Shown here one piece after another: positions 10,799-20,832 of a stretch of 64,000 bases of DNA. A program made the translations under genes and the position numbers. Under the pieces are notes generated by a model. It was not told the DNA's origin, did not search any database, and saw only the letters and a program-made list of their open reading frames with translations. The first letter of the stretch is position 1. The number at the start of each line of letters is the position of its first letter. Origin of the DNA: Bacillota bacterium (GTDB lineage: Bacteria; Bacillota; Sulfobacillia; JAMDAP01). The stretch covers positions 10,518-74,517 of the forward strand of contig JBLNCQ010000070.1 in assembly GCA_050260815.1 (NCBI GenBank), written 5' to 3'.

Positions 10799-12037
10799 TC
10801 ACATGACGCTACGTACAGGCTCTGGCGCAAATAGTTTACGAGCCCCGTTGCCTTGCCGTCCTACTAGTCCTTCGTAGATGCGTGCCATGGTAGCGGCATT
10901 GTGGTCCCAGGTGTACTCTTGACTTACCATTTGCTGGCCTCTTTCCCCCATCTCCTGGGCACGAGCAGGGTTACTGAGGAGGTCATCCATCGCGTCCACT
11001 AGTTCGTCTAGCGCCTGGCGAGCGACAAGACGTCCATGGACGCCGTCTACTACAAAGTCCGCTAATCCTTCTCCTTTGCAGCCGATTACCGGCTTGCCAC
11101 AAGCAAGGGCCTCAAGGTAAACGATACCAAATCCTTCCTGCCAGCTAGGCAGAGAGAATATACTGCAGGTCGCCATGGCGGCCATTACTTCATCGTGTGG
11201 GCGCCTGCCCAAGAACGTAACGTGCTCTTGGAGCCCCAGTTCTTGCGTCAACGCAACAAGGTTAGGGCGTTCAGGACCGTCTCCTATGATCAAATAGTGC
11301 AGGTCTGGGTACTTTGGTAGAATCTCCTTTACTGCCCGAAGGTTTAGGTCAATGCCTTTACTCCTAATAAGGTTTGATACGCTCAAGATCAGAGGCGGTG
11401 ACGCAGTCCGGAGACTCGGACGCCGCACCCTGGAGAGGGCGGTCGTCCCATTGGGTACCACTCTCCAATTGGAGCGATTACCGAAGAGAGAAACGGCTAA
11501 CCCATGAAGCTTTCTGCTAACAAAGACAACTTGTGTTGCCCCGATCAGCACCTCTCCTACTGCCGAGGCACATGCCGAATTTAGCTTTACCGTTGTCTGT
11601 AGGTCCTGACCGTGGACCGTCACCACTAGCGGCTTAGCGTAGGCCTCCGCTATCTTCATCGCGGCGTACCCCGCAGGAAGCGCGACGTGAGCATGAAGTA
11701 CGTCGAAAGGAAAGACACCGTATGTTAGGTCGACCAGTTGTGCTATTGAGTACAAGAGCCGCTTACCGGAAGACGCGTAGAACAACGATCTAGGGAACTG
11801 CAGAAAACGGGGATAGGAAATCTGAATCCCATCGAGCGCACCCTGCTGAGGAATGGCATGATACATCCTCCATTTGGGGTTGATCTGGGCCAGAAGGGCA
11901 GGTGCCCATGGCACAGGTGAAATGACGCGAACATCGATGCCCCTTCGCGCTAAAGCCTGAACCTGTTGATGGACGAACACACCGAAGACCGGGTTGGCTG
12001 GCGAGGGGTATAACGTAGAAAGAACCAGTACTCTCAT
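10799..12037 (-). CDS. glycosyltransferase family 4
   Basis: 412 aa. N-terminus MRVLVLSTLYPSP, with the GT4 core motif (EGFGIVYLEALACGKPVI). Confidence 0.8.
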   Translation of the reverse strand: MRVLVLSTLYPSPANPVFGVFVHQQVQALARRGIDVRVISPVPWAPALLAQINPKWRMYHAIPQQGALDGIQISYPRFLQFPRSLFYASSGKRLLYSIAQLVDLTYGVFPFDVLHAHVALPAGYAAMKIAEAYAKPLVVTVHGQDLQTTVKLNSACASAVGEVLIGATQVVFVSRKLHGLAVSLFGNRSNWRVVPNGTTALSRVRRPSLRTASPPLILSVSNLIRSKGIDLNLRAVKEILPKYPDLHYLIIGDGPERPNLVALTQELGLQEHVTFLGRRPHDEVMAAMATCSIFSLPSWQEGFGIVYLEALACGKPVIGCKGEGLADFVVDGVHGRLVARQALDELVDAMDDLLSNPARAQEMGERGQQMVSQEYTWDHNAATMARIYEGLVGRQGNGARKLFAPEPVRSVM

Positions 12038-12088
12038 GACATGACCCTCCTCTACGGGGACGGGACTTGGAAGTGGTGTTTCATCACA

Positions 12089-14083
12089 TCAGTCGGTTCT
12101 GCTATGGTGGGTAACTGGCATCCCTGGCGCGTCCAAACTTGCGGCTGTTTCCTCCCACGCCGGTGGTACATACGTAGGGATTACCTCCTGCAACTTGGCT
12201 ATGGTGTGAGGTGCAGGGGCCCCTAGGCTTATGACCTCTGCCAAAACCGCCAGCTGCCCCTCCAGCCAAGCGCGCTCAACGGAATGGGCCGCCCCGATGT
12301 AAATGCGTTTGTGGCGGGTTGAAACCGTATCCTCATCAGCTGTCATCAGCTCTTCATACAGTTTCTCCCCTCTGCGTGGGCCTGTGAAAACGATAGGAAT
12401 ATCCACTCCTGGTTCAAGCCCCGAGAGCCGAATGAGGTTCTCCGCCAGGTCCAGGATGCGTACGGGTTCACCCATGTCCAGGATGAAGATCTCACCGCCC
12501 TCACCCATGGCGCCGGCTTGGATGACAAGCTGAACGGCTTCGGGGATCGTCATGAAGTAGCGCCGCATGTCGGGATGCGTGACCGTCACCGGACCACCCC
12601 GAGCGATCTGTTCCTTGAAGACGGGCACGACGCTCCCCCTGCTGCCCAGCACGTTTCCAAAGCGCACGGCTACGAAGCGTGTACCAGAGGGGTCAAGCCT
12701 GCGGCGCTCGCCGTCCAGAGCCTGGACGACCATCTCCGCCACACGCTTGGTGGCGCCCATGACGCTGCTGGGGTTGACCGCCTTGTCGGTGGAGATCATC
12801 ACAAACCGCTTTGCCCTGACCTGAAAGGCGGCATCGGCAACGTTCTTGCTGCCGAAGACATTCGTCTTGATGGCCTCATCCGGCTGGGCTTCCATGAGCG
12901 GCACATGCTTATGGGCGGCGGCGTGGAAAACCACTTCGGGGCGGTAATGTTCGAAGACCTGCAAAATTTTGTCGCGATCCCGCACATCAGCGATAACCAC
13001 GGTGGCTTCCAGGTCCGGGAAGCTATGGCGCAGATGAAGGGATGTTTCAAATACCCCATTTTCGCCGTGATCTAAGAGGATGAGCTGTCGTGGGCGGAAA
13101 GAAGCCACCTGCCGGCAGAGTTCGGAGCCGATGGAGCCGCCGGCGCCAGTGACCAGAACGCGTTCCCCAGATAGGTAGCCCGCAATCTCCTCGAGGTTGA
13201 CAGCCACAGGTTCGCGGCCAAGCAAGTCCTCGATCTGAACCTCGCGAATCTGGCTGATGCTAACCGTCCCGTCCAGGAGTTCGTACATGCCGGGAAGCGT
13301 CTTCACCTTGACATGCAGGTCCCGGACGCTGGCGACCACTTCACGAACCACGCGTCCGGCCGCGGAAGGCATGGCAATGATCAGCTCGGCTACGTCCAGG
13401 TCCCGGACCAACCTGGGAAGGTCCTGCCGGGTGCCCAGTACGGGGAGACCATGAACCTTCATCCGCTGCTTGTAGGGATCGTCATCGACAAAGCCAAGCG
13501 GCTCATAGCCAAGCTCCTGGTGCTTGGCCAGCTCCCTGGCTACCAGAGCCCCCGCATCCCCAGCGCCCACGATCAGGGTGCGGTGCCCACGCCGCGCGCC
13601 TGCACCTCGGTCGCCCGTGCTGGACCAGGGGAACCTGCTTCGGGACGCCCAGGCGGTCCGGCGTGCATAGCGAATGGAGAACCTCAACCCGCCCACGAGT
13701 ATGGTGTTTAGCAGGAACGTAAGGATGATCACGCTTCGCGGAAAGCTCTTCACAAAGCCGGCGCTGGACCATCCCGCTTCGTGAGCCAGGGCCGGGAGGG
13801 CATAGATCAAGAGGAACAACGCCAGGGTGGACAGCATCGTTCCTCGGAGGATCGTGAACACATCGTCAACGCTGGCGTAGCGCCACAAGCTGGAGTAGAG
13901 CCCCGCCAGCAAGAAGACAACCAGTGTCATCAGGGTAAAGGCAACGGCGACTTTTCCATACTCCTGCAGGTAGCGGTGCGGCGGGTTGCCTTCAAAGCGG
14001 ATGAGCAGTGCGAAGAAGACCCCGGCATTGACCAGCAGGGCGTCGGACGCAAGTAGAATCAACCGTTGGCTGAGTGCTCGCAC
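12089..14083 (-). CDS. membrane-bound UDP-N-acetylglucosamine 4,6-dehydratase (CapD/PglF/WbpM family)
   Basis: 664 aa. An N-terminal 4-TM region is followed by two Rossmann segments (LIVGAGDAGALV and VLVTGAGGSIGSEL), the long CapD form. Confidence 0.85.
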   Translation of the reverse strand: MRALSQRLILLASDALLVNAGVFFALLIRFEGNPPHRYLQEYGKVAVAFTLMTLVVFLLAGLYSSLWRYASVDDVFTILRGTMLSTLALFLLIYALPALAHEAGWSSAGFVKSFPRSVIILTFLLNTILVGGLRFSIRYARRTAWASRSRFPWSSTGDRGAGARRGHRTLIVGAGDAGALVARELAKHQELGYEPLGFVDDDPYKQRMKVHGLPVLGTRQDLPRLVRDLDVAELIIAMPSAAGRVVREVVASVRDLHVKVKTLPGMYELLDGTVSISQIREVQIEDLLGREPVAVNLEEIAGYLSGERVLVTGAGGSIGSELCRQVASFRPRQLILLDHGENGVFETSLHLRHSFPDLEATVVIADVRDRDKILQVFEHYRPEVVFHAAAHKHVPLMEAQPDEAIKTNVFGSKNVADAAFQVRAKRFVMISTDKAVNPSSVMGATKRVAEMVVQALDGERRRLDPSGTRFVAVRFGNVLGSRGSVVPVFKEQIARGGPVTVTHPDMRRYFMTIPEAVQLVIQAGAMGEGGEIFILDMGEPVRILDLAENLIRLSGLEPGVDIPIVFTGPRRGEKLYEELMTADEDTVSTRHKRIYIGAAHSVERAWLEGQLAVLAEVISLGAPAPHTIAKLQEVIPTYVPPAWEETAASLDAPGMPVTHHSRTD

Positions 14084-14182
14084 CTTACTACCTCCAGATC
14101 CGCCCGGCGCTGCGCCACCCGGCAGAGATCCGCTTCATGGCAGGGTCTTGCTTGGGCCGTCACCCGATGCGCCGTTGCTGCT

Positions 14183-16918
14183 CTACGGTTTGGTGAGCAT
14201 CGCAGTGACGCTCGCGTATCGTGCTTTCAGATCGTGTCCGCCGGCATCAACCTTGGCCAGGTAGGGCGCAGCCTTCTTTGGCTCCTTCTGCACGGTGTAG
14301 AGAGCCGCCAGCCAGACATTGGCTTCCTGCGCTGTGTCCTTGTTCTGGACTGCAAAAGCCAGAGTAGACAAAGCTTCCTGATTCTCACCCAGGAGGGCCT
14401 GGGCCCTTCCCGCGGTCAGTGCCAGGACCGGCGCATTCTCAGTGAGCCGGTAGGCCTTGGGTACGCCGGCGGGAATCGCCGCTGCACGATCCTTTGCCTG
14501 CTGGCGGATGCCAAGGACTTCCTCCAGGAAGGCCCTGGCCTCGTCGGCCTTGCCCGCCTGATACAGGGACTCCCCGATGCGGTAGAAAGCCTCTGCAACT
14601 TGCTGGTAGCCTTGCTGCTGGTAGGGTTCAAGGCCGAGGGCTTGCTGCATGGCAGCAAGGCCATCTTTCACGTTCCCCTGCCGCAGGTAGAGAGCGCCCC
14701 GCACCATCCGGTACTGCGGATTGAGGGGGTCAAGTGCAATGCCGCGGTCTAGCTCGGCTGTGGACTCCGTGATTTGCCCCAAGTCCACACGATAAGAGGA
14801 AGTCCAGGGGTCATAGGAAATGGCCTTCTGGTACGTGGTCTTAGCTAACGCGACGTTCTGCAGCCGCATGAGCGTCGCGGCACGAGCGCCCGCTGTGTAC
14901 CCGAGCAACAGCCGGCTCGAGAAGACCGCCAGGGCAACCGCCAGAATGATCGGCACAGCCGTCGCCACGCTCGGCGTCGACCGGCCCTTAACCGGCAAAC
15001 CTTCGGTAAGGGGCCTCTCGGCTCCCACGATGCCCATAAGCGACCACAGATAGAGGCTGATGGCGGCTAGTGACAGGTTGAAATCAATGAACGAGTGGAC
15101 TCCAACGGCAGCGGCCCCGGTCAGCACGGCAGCCAGGGCCACCCGTGACGGATCGTGCAGGCTGCACAGCCTCGTCCAGCCCAGATACAGAAGAGCGCCC
15201 CACAACGCCAGCCAGGTGAGCAACCCCAGCGTACCGGTCTCCACCCATGTCTGCAGGAAGTGGTTGTGTGCCTCCCGCGAGACGTACCCATAGCTCTGGT
15301 ACTTCATGAAGGCGGACGCCCAGCCGCGGCCCCCCAGCCCCAGCACGGGGAAGTCCCGAATCATCTTCAGGCCGTCCTGGTAGAACACCAGGCGTGATTC
15401 AGAACTGGTAGTCTCCAGGCTAATGTCCGCGAGGCGGCGGTAGATGGCGTTGGGCAGCACCTTAGCCAGGGTGAAGGTCGGCCGGACCACCACTTTGCCG
15501 TTCGCAGTTTGTATCACTACGTCGCGGTACGTGACCTGCGTGCCGGCATAGTAGTTGCCCAGCTGGATCGTCAGGCGCGTAAGCTCTTCCGGCACGGTGA
15601 TCTTGGCCTGCTTCTGTTCCCAGTCCCCACTGGGCTTGCCCGTGAGGTTGGCCAGGTAGGTGGTGGCGCCGCTGTCCTCGTTGAAACCGTACACCACTGC
15701 TCTCCAGGCATACGGCTTCTTGGCGTCGCCGGAGGCCTTCACCTCCAGGGACAGGGTATACGCTTCGCCGGGGTTCAGGTTGGGCAGTCCCTGCTCGAAG
15801 GTCTTCCAGCTGTCCTTCTCCCCGGTGCTATGAGCCAGTGTCAGTGGCCGGGTCGTGGCCAGACCCACGGCAATGATGCCGGCTACCGCCAACAGGCCGG
15901 CAAGTCCGGCGGCCAGCCCAACCTTCCACCTCACCGACTGGCGGAGGTAGAGCTCACCCAAGTATCCGAACGCAACCCCCAGCGCCACAGCGATCAGCAC
16001 CGAGAGACCGACGTACCCGGCGTGCTGGGCACTGACACCCTTGGCCAGGAAAGGCGAGGCCGCGCCCGCCGCGAGCAGAGTCGCGACAAAGGAGGTTCCC
16101 GCCCTGAGCCGCCATCCCGCGGGGACGAGGCCCATAAAGAGGAGTAACGCCACCGGAAAGACCAGCCAGGCGCCGCGGGACAGAGTGAAGATGAAAGTCA
16201 GAAACACAAGGGACAGGGAGGCCGAAAACGCACCGGTCCGCACACGGGCCCAGGTCCGCGAGACTCGGCTCGTGATAGGCCTGAGGTCACGCGGCTCAAT
16301 GGAGGCCCACAATCCCAGTCCAACAAAGAACGCCGCCGTCAGATAGGAGGCCAGTGAGTTCGGATACTGGATGGTGGAGCTGATGCGCCCACTCTGTACG
16401 GCGCCGTTGTAGGTGATGATCCCAGCCGCCGCCCCCAGGCCCACCAGAGCTACCCCTGGAGCACTCAGGTATACGGCTCCAAGAATCAAGCGCACGCGGG
16501 CTTCACGCCCGGTGCGCAAGGTTCTGATCTGCTCGGCGACCAGCCAGTACGCAAGAAAGTAATTCAGGTTCTTGAGGGCTTCCTGAATGGCTCCCCTCGG
16601 GTTGACGGCCACAACGCTGGACAAGGTCCAGGCCAGGGCGGCGGCTAGGGCAAAGTAGTCCAGCACACTTCCGAAGAACCGAACGTCACCGCTCCGCCAC
16701 TTGTGCACCCACCAGAGCGTGAACAAAGCGAGAGTGTAGAGGAGGGTCACCAGTTGCTCTTGCGTGAAGTAGAGCCCCCTGAAGAACGGGGGGTATAGCA
16801 GCAGCACGATAAGACCCATGAGGACAACCGTTGAAAGTACGTCCCGCGAGGCCTGAGGGACGCGACGGCCCTCGCTTCGCCTGCTCCGCGCGCCCATCCT
16901 AGTCCAGACCCCCTGCAC
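14183..16918 (-). CDS. large membrane protein: O-antigen ligase (Wzy_C) domain with an inserted extracytoplasmic beta-rich domain and C-terminal TPR repeats
   Basis: 911 aa, multi-TM. The Wzy_C-like loop is REAHNHFLQTWVETG. There is a roughly 130 aa hydrophilic insert (EKDSWKTFEQG...TFTLAKVLP). The TPR-like C-terminus is AISYDPWTSSYRVDLGQ... The true start may be an internal Met. Confidence 0.7.
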   Translation of the reverse strand: MQGVWTRMGARSRRSEGRRVPQASRDVLSTVVLMGLIVLLLYPPFFRGLYFTQEQLVTLLYTLALFTLWWVHKWRSGDVRFFGSVLDYFALAAALAWTLSSVVAVNPRGAIQEALKNLNYFLAYWLVAEQIRTLRTGREARVRLILGAVYLSAPGVALVGLGAAAGIITYNGAVQSGRISSTIQYPNSLASYLTAAFFVGLGLWASIEPRDLRPITSRVSRTWARVRTGAFSASLSLVFLTFIFTLSRGAWLVFPVALLLFMGLVPAGWRLRAGTSFVATLLAAGAASPFLAKGVSAQHAGYVGLSVLIAVALGVAFGYLGELYLRQSVRWKVGLAAGLAGLLAVAGIIAVGLATTRPLTLAHSTGEKDSWKTFEQGLPNLNPGEAYTLSLEVKASGDAKKPYAWRAVVYGFNEDSGATTYLANLTGKPSGDWEQKQAKITVPEELTRLTIQLGNYYAGTQVTYRDVVIQTANGKVVVRPTFTLAKVLPNAIYRRLADISLETTSSESRLVFYQDGLKMIRDFPVLGLGGRGWASAFMKYQSYGYVSREAHNHFLQTWVETGTLGLLTWLALWGALLYLGWTRLCSLHDPSRVALAAVLTGAAAVGVHSFIDFNLSLAAISLYLWSLMGIVGAERPLTEGLPVKGRSTPSVATAVPIILAVALAVFSSRLLLGYTAGARAATLMRLQNVALAKTTYQKAISYDPWTSSYRVDLGQITESTAELDRGIALDPLNPQYRMVRGALYLRQGNVKDGLAAMQQALGLEPYQQQGYQQVAEAFYRIGESLYQAGKADEARAFLEEVLGIRQQAKDRAAAIPAGVPKAYRLTENAPVLALTAGRAQALLGENQEALSTLAFAVQNKDTAQEANVWLAALYTVQKEPKKAAPYLAKVDAGGHDLKARYASVTAMLTKP

Positions 16919-18200
16919 GGCTGACAGGGGCGCGGCCGGAGGTCGGCGCGCTCTTGCGCCAGAAGTCCATGAAGAAGGCCAGGAACACGCTGGCCATCAG
17001 GCCAAGCACGCCCGCCAGAGCAATGTTAAGCATCTTGTTGGGACCAGTGGGCTCATCAGGCACGAGGGCTTTGTTCGCAATGGAAAGGGTTACTTCGGCG
17101 TACTGGGACGCCGCGTTGATCCGCGTTTCCTCGTACTTCTGAGCAATGGCATCGTAGGCCTGCTTGAGGAAGTCTACCTTCTGCTGAAGCTTGTCCTGCG
17201 CAATCTGGCGCGTCACCTGCTCAGCGCGGAGGGACTCCAGGTCCTTCTCGGTCGCGGCAATGGCCCGCTCCAGGGCGTCGCGCTGCGCCAGGGCCTCTGC
17301 CAGCGTGACCTTCTTCTCTGCCAGAGCCACGGTCAGATCGGCGTGAGCAGTGTTGACCTCTTCGGACTGCACCTGCAGCCCGGCCAGGCGGGCAAGATCC
17401 TGCTGGCTGACAGAACCGGCCAGGTCCTTCATCAGGCTGTCGTCCAGAATCGACTTCTTAGTGATCGTCACCGTCGGCGCGTTGGCCAGTGCCTCCGCGG
17501 CAGTCTGGGCTCCGGCCTCAGCCTGTGCAATCGACACGCCCAGTTCAACCTGGGTTGTCTTGAGAGTCGCCAGGAGATCAGCTTTCGCATCAATCTCCTT
17601 CTGCAGGATTTCCGCGCTGGGAGACTGCTGCAGGTAGGTCTTGAGCTCATCCATGGCGGTGGATAGCTGTTTCTCCTGGTCCAGCATCTGCTCGTTCAAG
17701 AACTGTCCCGATTTCTGCATCTGCTCCCGGGTAAGGCCAGTGACGAACGTCTGGTATTCGTCGACAACGCGGTTGGCTATGCCGGCAGCGGTAACGGGGT
17801 CCCGGTCGGTAACCACGATCTGCAGAATGCCGGTGTCTTTGAAGGACTTCACCTGAATATGGGAGGCCAAGGCCGAGGGCGAAACGTGAAGCCTCAGCCC
17901 CTCGATAACCCGCGTGAGGACCGCCGGGTTGGTCACCTGCATCCGGTAGGTCTCCAGGGTCATCGTGGGCGTGCTGGAAAGTCGCGACAGAAGCTGGTCC
18001 AGGCCCGGTTCCGTAGCAGGTTTGGGAGTCGGGGTGGGATTGTTCACCAGGATGTTAGCCGTCGCCTCATAGGTGGGCGGCAGCATAAAACTGACCGCGC
18101 CGCTGATGACCATGGCCACAACGGTGACCCCAACGATCAGCCAGCGGGCGCGCAGCAGGACTTCGATCAGGTCTCGTAGGTTTACTTCTTCCACACCCAC
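16899..18200 (-). CDS. polysaccharide chain-length determinant (Wzz/PCP family, no kinase domain)
   Basis: 433 aa. N-terminal TM plus PTYEATANILV, the Wzz signature. A long coiled-coil middle region, then a C-terminal TM (LNIALAGVLGLMASVFLAFFM). Confidence 0.7.
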   Translation of the reverse strand: MGVEEVNLRDLIEVLLRARWLIVGVTVVAMVISGAVSFMLPPTYEATANILVNNPTPTPKPATEPGLDQLLSRLSSTPTMTLETYRMQVTNPAVLTRVIEGLRLHVSPSALASHIQVKSFKDTGILQIVVTDRDPVTAAGIANRVVDEYQTFVTGLTREQMQKSGQFLNEQMLDQEKQLSTAMDELKTYLQQSPSAEILQKEIDAKADLLATLKTTQVELGVSIAQAEAGAQTAAEALANAPTVTITKKSILDDSLMKDLAGSVSQQDLARLAGLQVQSEEVNTAHADLTVALAEKKVTLAEALAQRDALERAIAATEKDLESLRAEQVTRQIAQDKLQQKVDFLKQAYDAIAQKYEETRINAASQYAEVTLSIANKALVPDEPTGPNKMLNIALAGVLGLMASVFLAFFMDFWRKSAPTSGRAPVSRAGGLD

Positions 18201-18422
18201 TCTTCCTCTCCATGGGGCCTAGAACCGACGATTCTCTATAATTCACCACAGTCTCCCTCAGTCCTGCCAATTCTGCCGAGAAAGTCCATGTAACAAAGTG
18301 GAAGGGCTGCCCCAGTGACCATGCCCGCGGCAGTGCGGCTGTCGCGGTGCAGCAGGGCCCGGTGCGGGGTGACTCCAGTGGCAGCGCCGATTCTCCCCCA
18401 TGAGGAGGTTCCACGGACAAAA

Positions 18423-18450
18423 CCCCCGCCGTCAGTCTTGACGGTGGGGG
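18423..18450 (-). terminator. putative intrinsic terminator downstream of the SLH gene
   Basis: Hairpin cccccgccgtc/gacggtggggg (11 bp stem with one G-T mismatch, 6 nt loop). It is followed on the minus strand by TTTTGTCC, 37 nt after the stop at 18487. Confidence 0.45.
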
Positions 18451-18486
18451 TTCTTGCTTGCTCAGGAGCACCGGGGACCGCAGTGC

Positions 18487-20328
18487 TCAAGGTGCGTCCG
18501 TGAACGTCACCACAATGGTCTGCGCCGTGTAGGTCCCGGAGGAGATGCTCCCGGCCGCCATGACGCGGTCGCCCACTTCAAGGCTGCTGAACGAGACCTC
18601 GCCGCCGTGCTTGATCACGATAGCGCCGGTAGGCACCTTGATGACCTTGCGCGTTGCACCGCTGGGGGCGATCGGCTCATCCGTGATGGCAATGGTGATC
18701 TCACGCCGGGATGCGTTGACCGCCGTGATGACCCCGGCCAGTTCCTGCAGGTATTCCTTGTTGGCGATCGTCACCCGCGTGGCGCTGCTGCCGGAGGCCG
18801 TGATCTCCACGTAGGCCCCCAATCGTACATCGGAGATGGTGATGGCCCGGCTGTTCTCGTAGATGCTCACGTTGGAGGGAATCTGGTAGACCTGCTCCGG
18901 GTTGGTGCCCACCGTCACGCCAATGGCGGGAGCCGTAGTTGACACAACCACCGAGGTGACGAAGCCCCGCACCGTGCGGCTGACGCTGCTAGCGCTGATA
19001 GCCGTCACCCGGTCGTTGGCCAGGGTCAGGGTGACCCGATCACCGACCCAGATGTCGTCGGCCGAGGCCGACCGGCCATCCTTCTTGATGCTGATAGAGG
19101 TTGAGGACAAGGTGTACGACCTGTCCGTACCGCTGACCGTCAGGGTGATGGTGCGGGCCCCCACCGGGAAGGCGTCGGCCAGGGTGCCGGTTACGCTGGT
19201 GGTGTCGGTGGTGGCGTCGATCTCCGTGACCTTGTCGTCCACCAGGGTGAGCGTGAGCCGGTCGCCGACCATCAGGTCGTCATCGTTGGCCGCCACGTCG
19301 TCCCGGTGGATTACCGGCGACGTGGTGGCCACCGCGTAGGACGTGGTCGAACCACTCACCGTGACAACGATCCGCTTGGTCGCGGCATTGAAGTCGTCGG
19401 CCAGGATGCCGGTCACCGTGCGGTTCGACGTGCCCTCCGCCTCCAGGTAGCCGTAGCCGCCGAGGGGATCGCGCACTGCCGTCACCCTGTCGCCGACGCG
19501 GATAGAACTGAACGTGGTGGGGCTGCCGCCCCGCGCCACCCAGGCCCCCTGGTTGAGGTAGAGGGTGGTGCTGGTGCCGTTGGCCAGGGTCAGCTCCAGG
19601 TGGGGAGCCGTGCCCAGGATCACATCCGTGACCGTGCCCTCCATATCCGTGGTGTCCAGGTTGTTGTCCTGGAGCTTGTCAAGTCGGTCCAACAGGGCGG
19701 CCATCTCGCCGCGGGTCACCGTGTCCAGGGGCCGGAACTTGCCGGCAGCATCGCCCTTGAAGAGCCCCTTGGTGGTGGCGAGGGACACGTAGCCCCGGGC
19801 CCAGAGAGGAATCGAGTACGCGTCCGTGTAGTTGGGCAGCGTGGTGATGCGCTTGGCTTCAGCTTCCTGGCCCAAGGCGCGCACCATCATCACCGCCACC
19901 TGGTAGCGCAGGGCGTCGTCGTTGGGACGGAAGTTGGCGAGGTCCTCATCGTCCAGCAGGCCCAGCGCGATGGCGTAACTCATGTAGCCCCGCGACCAAC
20001 TGGGTAGGGACTGATAGCCCACCATCTGCACGGGCGCCGTGGTGGAGGACCTCGCCTCCTGGTCCAAGCCCTCGGCGCGGACCAACATCACCGCCAGTTC
20101 CAGTCGGCTCACGGCCCGGTTGGGCTCGAACTTGCCGGCGGCCGTGCCCTGCAGGACGCCTTTCAGGCTCATCTTGCGGATGGGCGACTCCGCCCAGTGG
20201 CCGGAGGCATCAGAGAAGTAGGTAGCGGCCTCCACCCTGGTTGTTGGCGCCACGGCAGCAACGGAAGCCAGAACCGCCCCCGCCAGGGTCAGGCTCAGGA
20301 AGCGCTGTATCATCTTCACGTACATCAC
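18487..20328 (-). CDS. SLH-domain surface protein with three tandem ~100-aa repeats
   Basis: 613 aa. Signal peptide, then three N-terminal SLH domains (FSDASGHWAESPI..., YQSLPSWSRGYMSYAIALGL..., YTDAYSIPLWARGYVSLATTKGL...). Three repeated modules follow, of the form TVTG.LAD.F......I.VTVSG...SY.....S..I...D. Confidence 0.8.
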   Translation of the reverse strand: MMYVKMIQRFLSLTLAGAVLASVAAVAPTTRVEAATYFSDASGHWAESPIRKMSLKGVLQGTAAGKFEPNRAVSRLELAVMLVRAEGLDQEARSSTTAPVQMVGYQSLPSWSRGYMSYAIALGLLDDEDLANFRPNDDALRYQVAVMMVRALGQEAEAKRITTLPNYTDAYSIPLWARGYVSLATTKGLFKGDAAGKFRPLDTVTRGEMAALLDRLDKLQDNNLDTTDMEGTVTDVILGTAPHLELTLANGTSTTLYLNQGAWVARGGSPTTFSSIRVGDRVTAVRDPLGGYGYLEAEGTSNRTVTGILADDFNAATKRIVVTVSGSTTSYAVATTSPVIHRDDVAANDDDLMVGDRLTLTLVDDKVTEIDATTDTTSVTGTLADAFPVGARTITLTVSGTDRSYTLSSTSISIKKDGRSASADDIWVGDRVTLTLANDRVTAISASSVSRTVRGFVTSVVVSTTAPAIGVTVGTNPEQVYQIPSNVSIYENSRAITISDVRLGAYVEITASGSSATRVTIANKEYLQELAGVITAVNASRREITIAITDEPIAPSGATRKVIKVPTGAIVIKHGGEVSFSSLEVGDRVMAAGSISSGTYTAQTIVVTFTDAP

Positions 20329-20443
20329 CCCTACAATACCTTCGGACGCTCCTGGTCACTTCTGGGTTATGGGCGGTGGGTCCTGCCCGAAAAGACGAAT
20401 GGGGTCGGATGATATCCCGGAGGGACGAAACGCCGGGAATGCC

Positions 20444-20471
20444 GGGGGAGAGGTCGCCCGACCTCTCCCCC
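20444..20471 (-). terminator. putative terminator after the toxin gene
   Basis: Perfect 13-bp inverted repeat gggggagaggtcg cc cgacctctccccc, 44 nt downstream of the toxin stop on the minus strand. Confidence 0.4.
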
Positions 20472-20514
20472 GTGCCTTCCGGCCTTCCTCAGCATGACGA
20501 CTTCGCTGTACACT

Positions 20515-20832
20515 CTAGGTTTCTTGCTCGTCGAAGCGTCCCTGAACAAGGCGGTAGATCTCGTCCTTGTCCCGCTTACCGACACCCAGGATGACCACCC
20601 TACCAGGCTGCACCTGCCAGACAATCCGAAGGCGCTTATCATTCACGTAGATCTTTCGGCAGCCTGCCAGGTCTCCTCGAAGGGGCTCACCCGTCAGGGG
20701 GTTGTCACGAATCTTGAGTAGCTGAGCGAGGACCTTCTTCTTCACGGACCCATCCAGATCGATAGCCTCCTGCCAGGCGGAGCGCTTGAAGGTCAGCTTC
20801 ATACTAGTCGGGGTCGACTCGTCGGAGCTCAT
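20515..20832 (-). CDS. type II toxin, RelE/ParE family
   Basis: 105 aa; KLTFKRSAWQE...RKIYVNDKRLRIVWQV...VVILGVGKRDKDEIY. A strong AAGGAGG RBS lies upstream of ATG at 20832 and overlaps the antitoxin 3' end, which indicates translational coupling. Confidence 0.7.
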   Translation of the reverse strand: MSSDESTPTSMKLTFKRSAWQEAIDLDGSVKKKVLAQLLKIRDNPLTGEPLRGDLAGCRKIYVNDKRLRIVWQVQPGRVVILGVGKRDKDEIYRLVQGRFDEQET

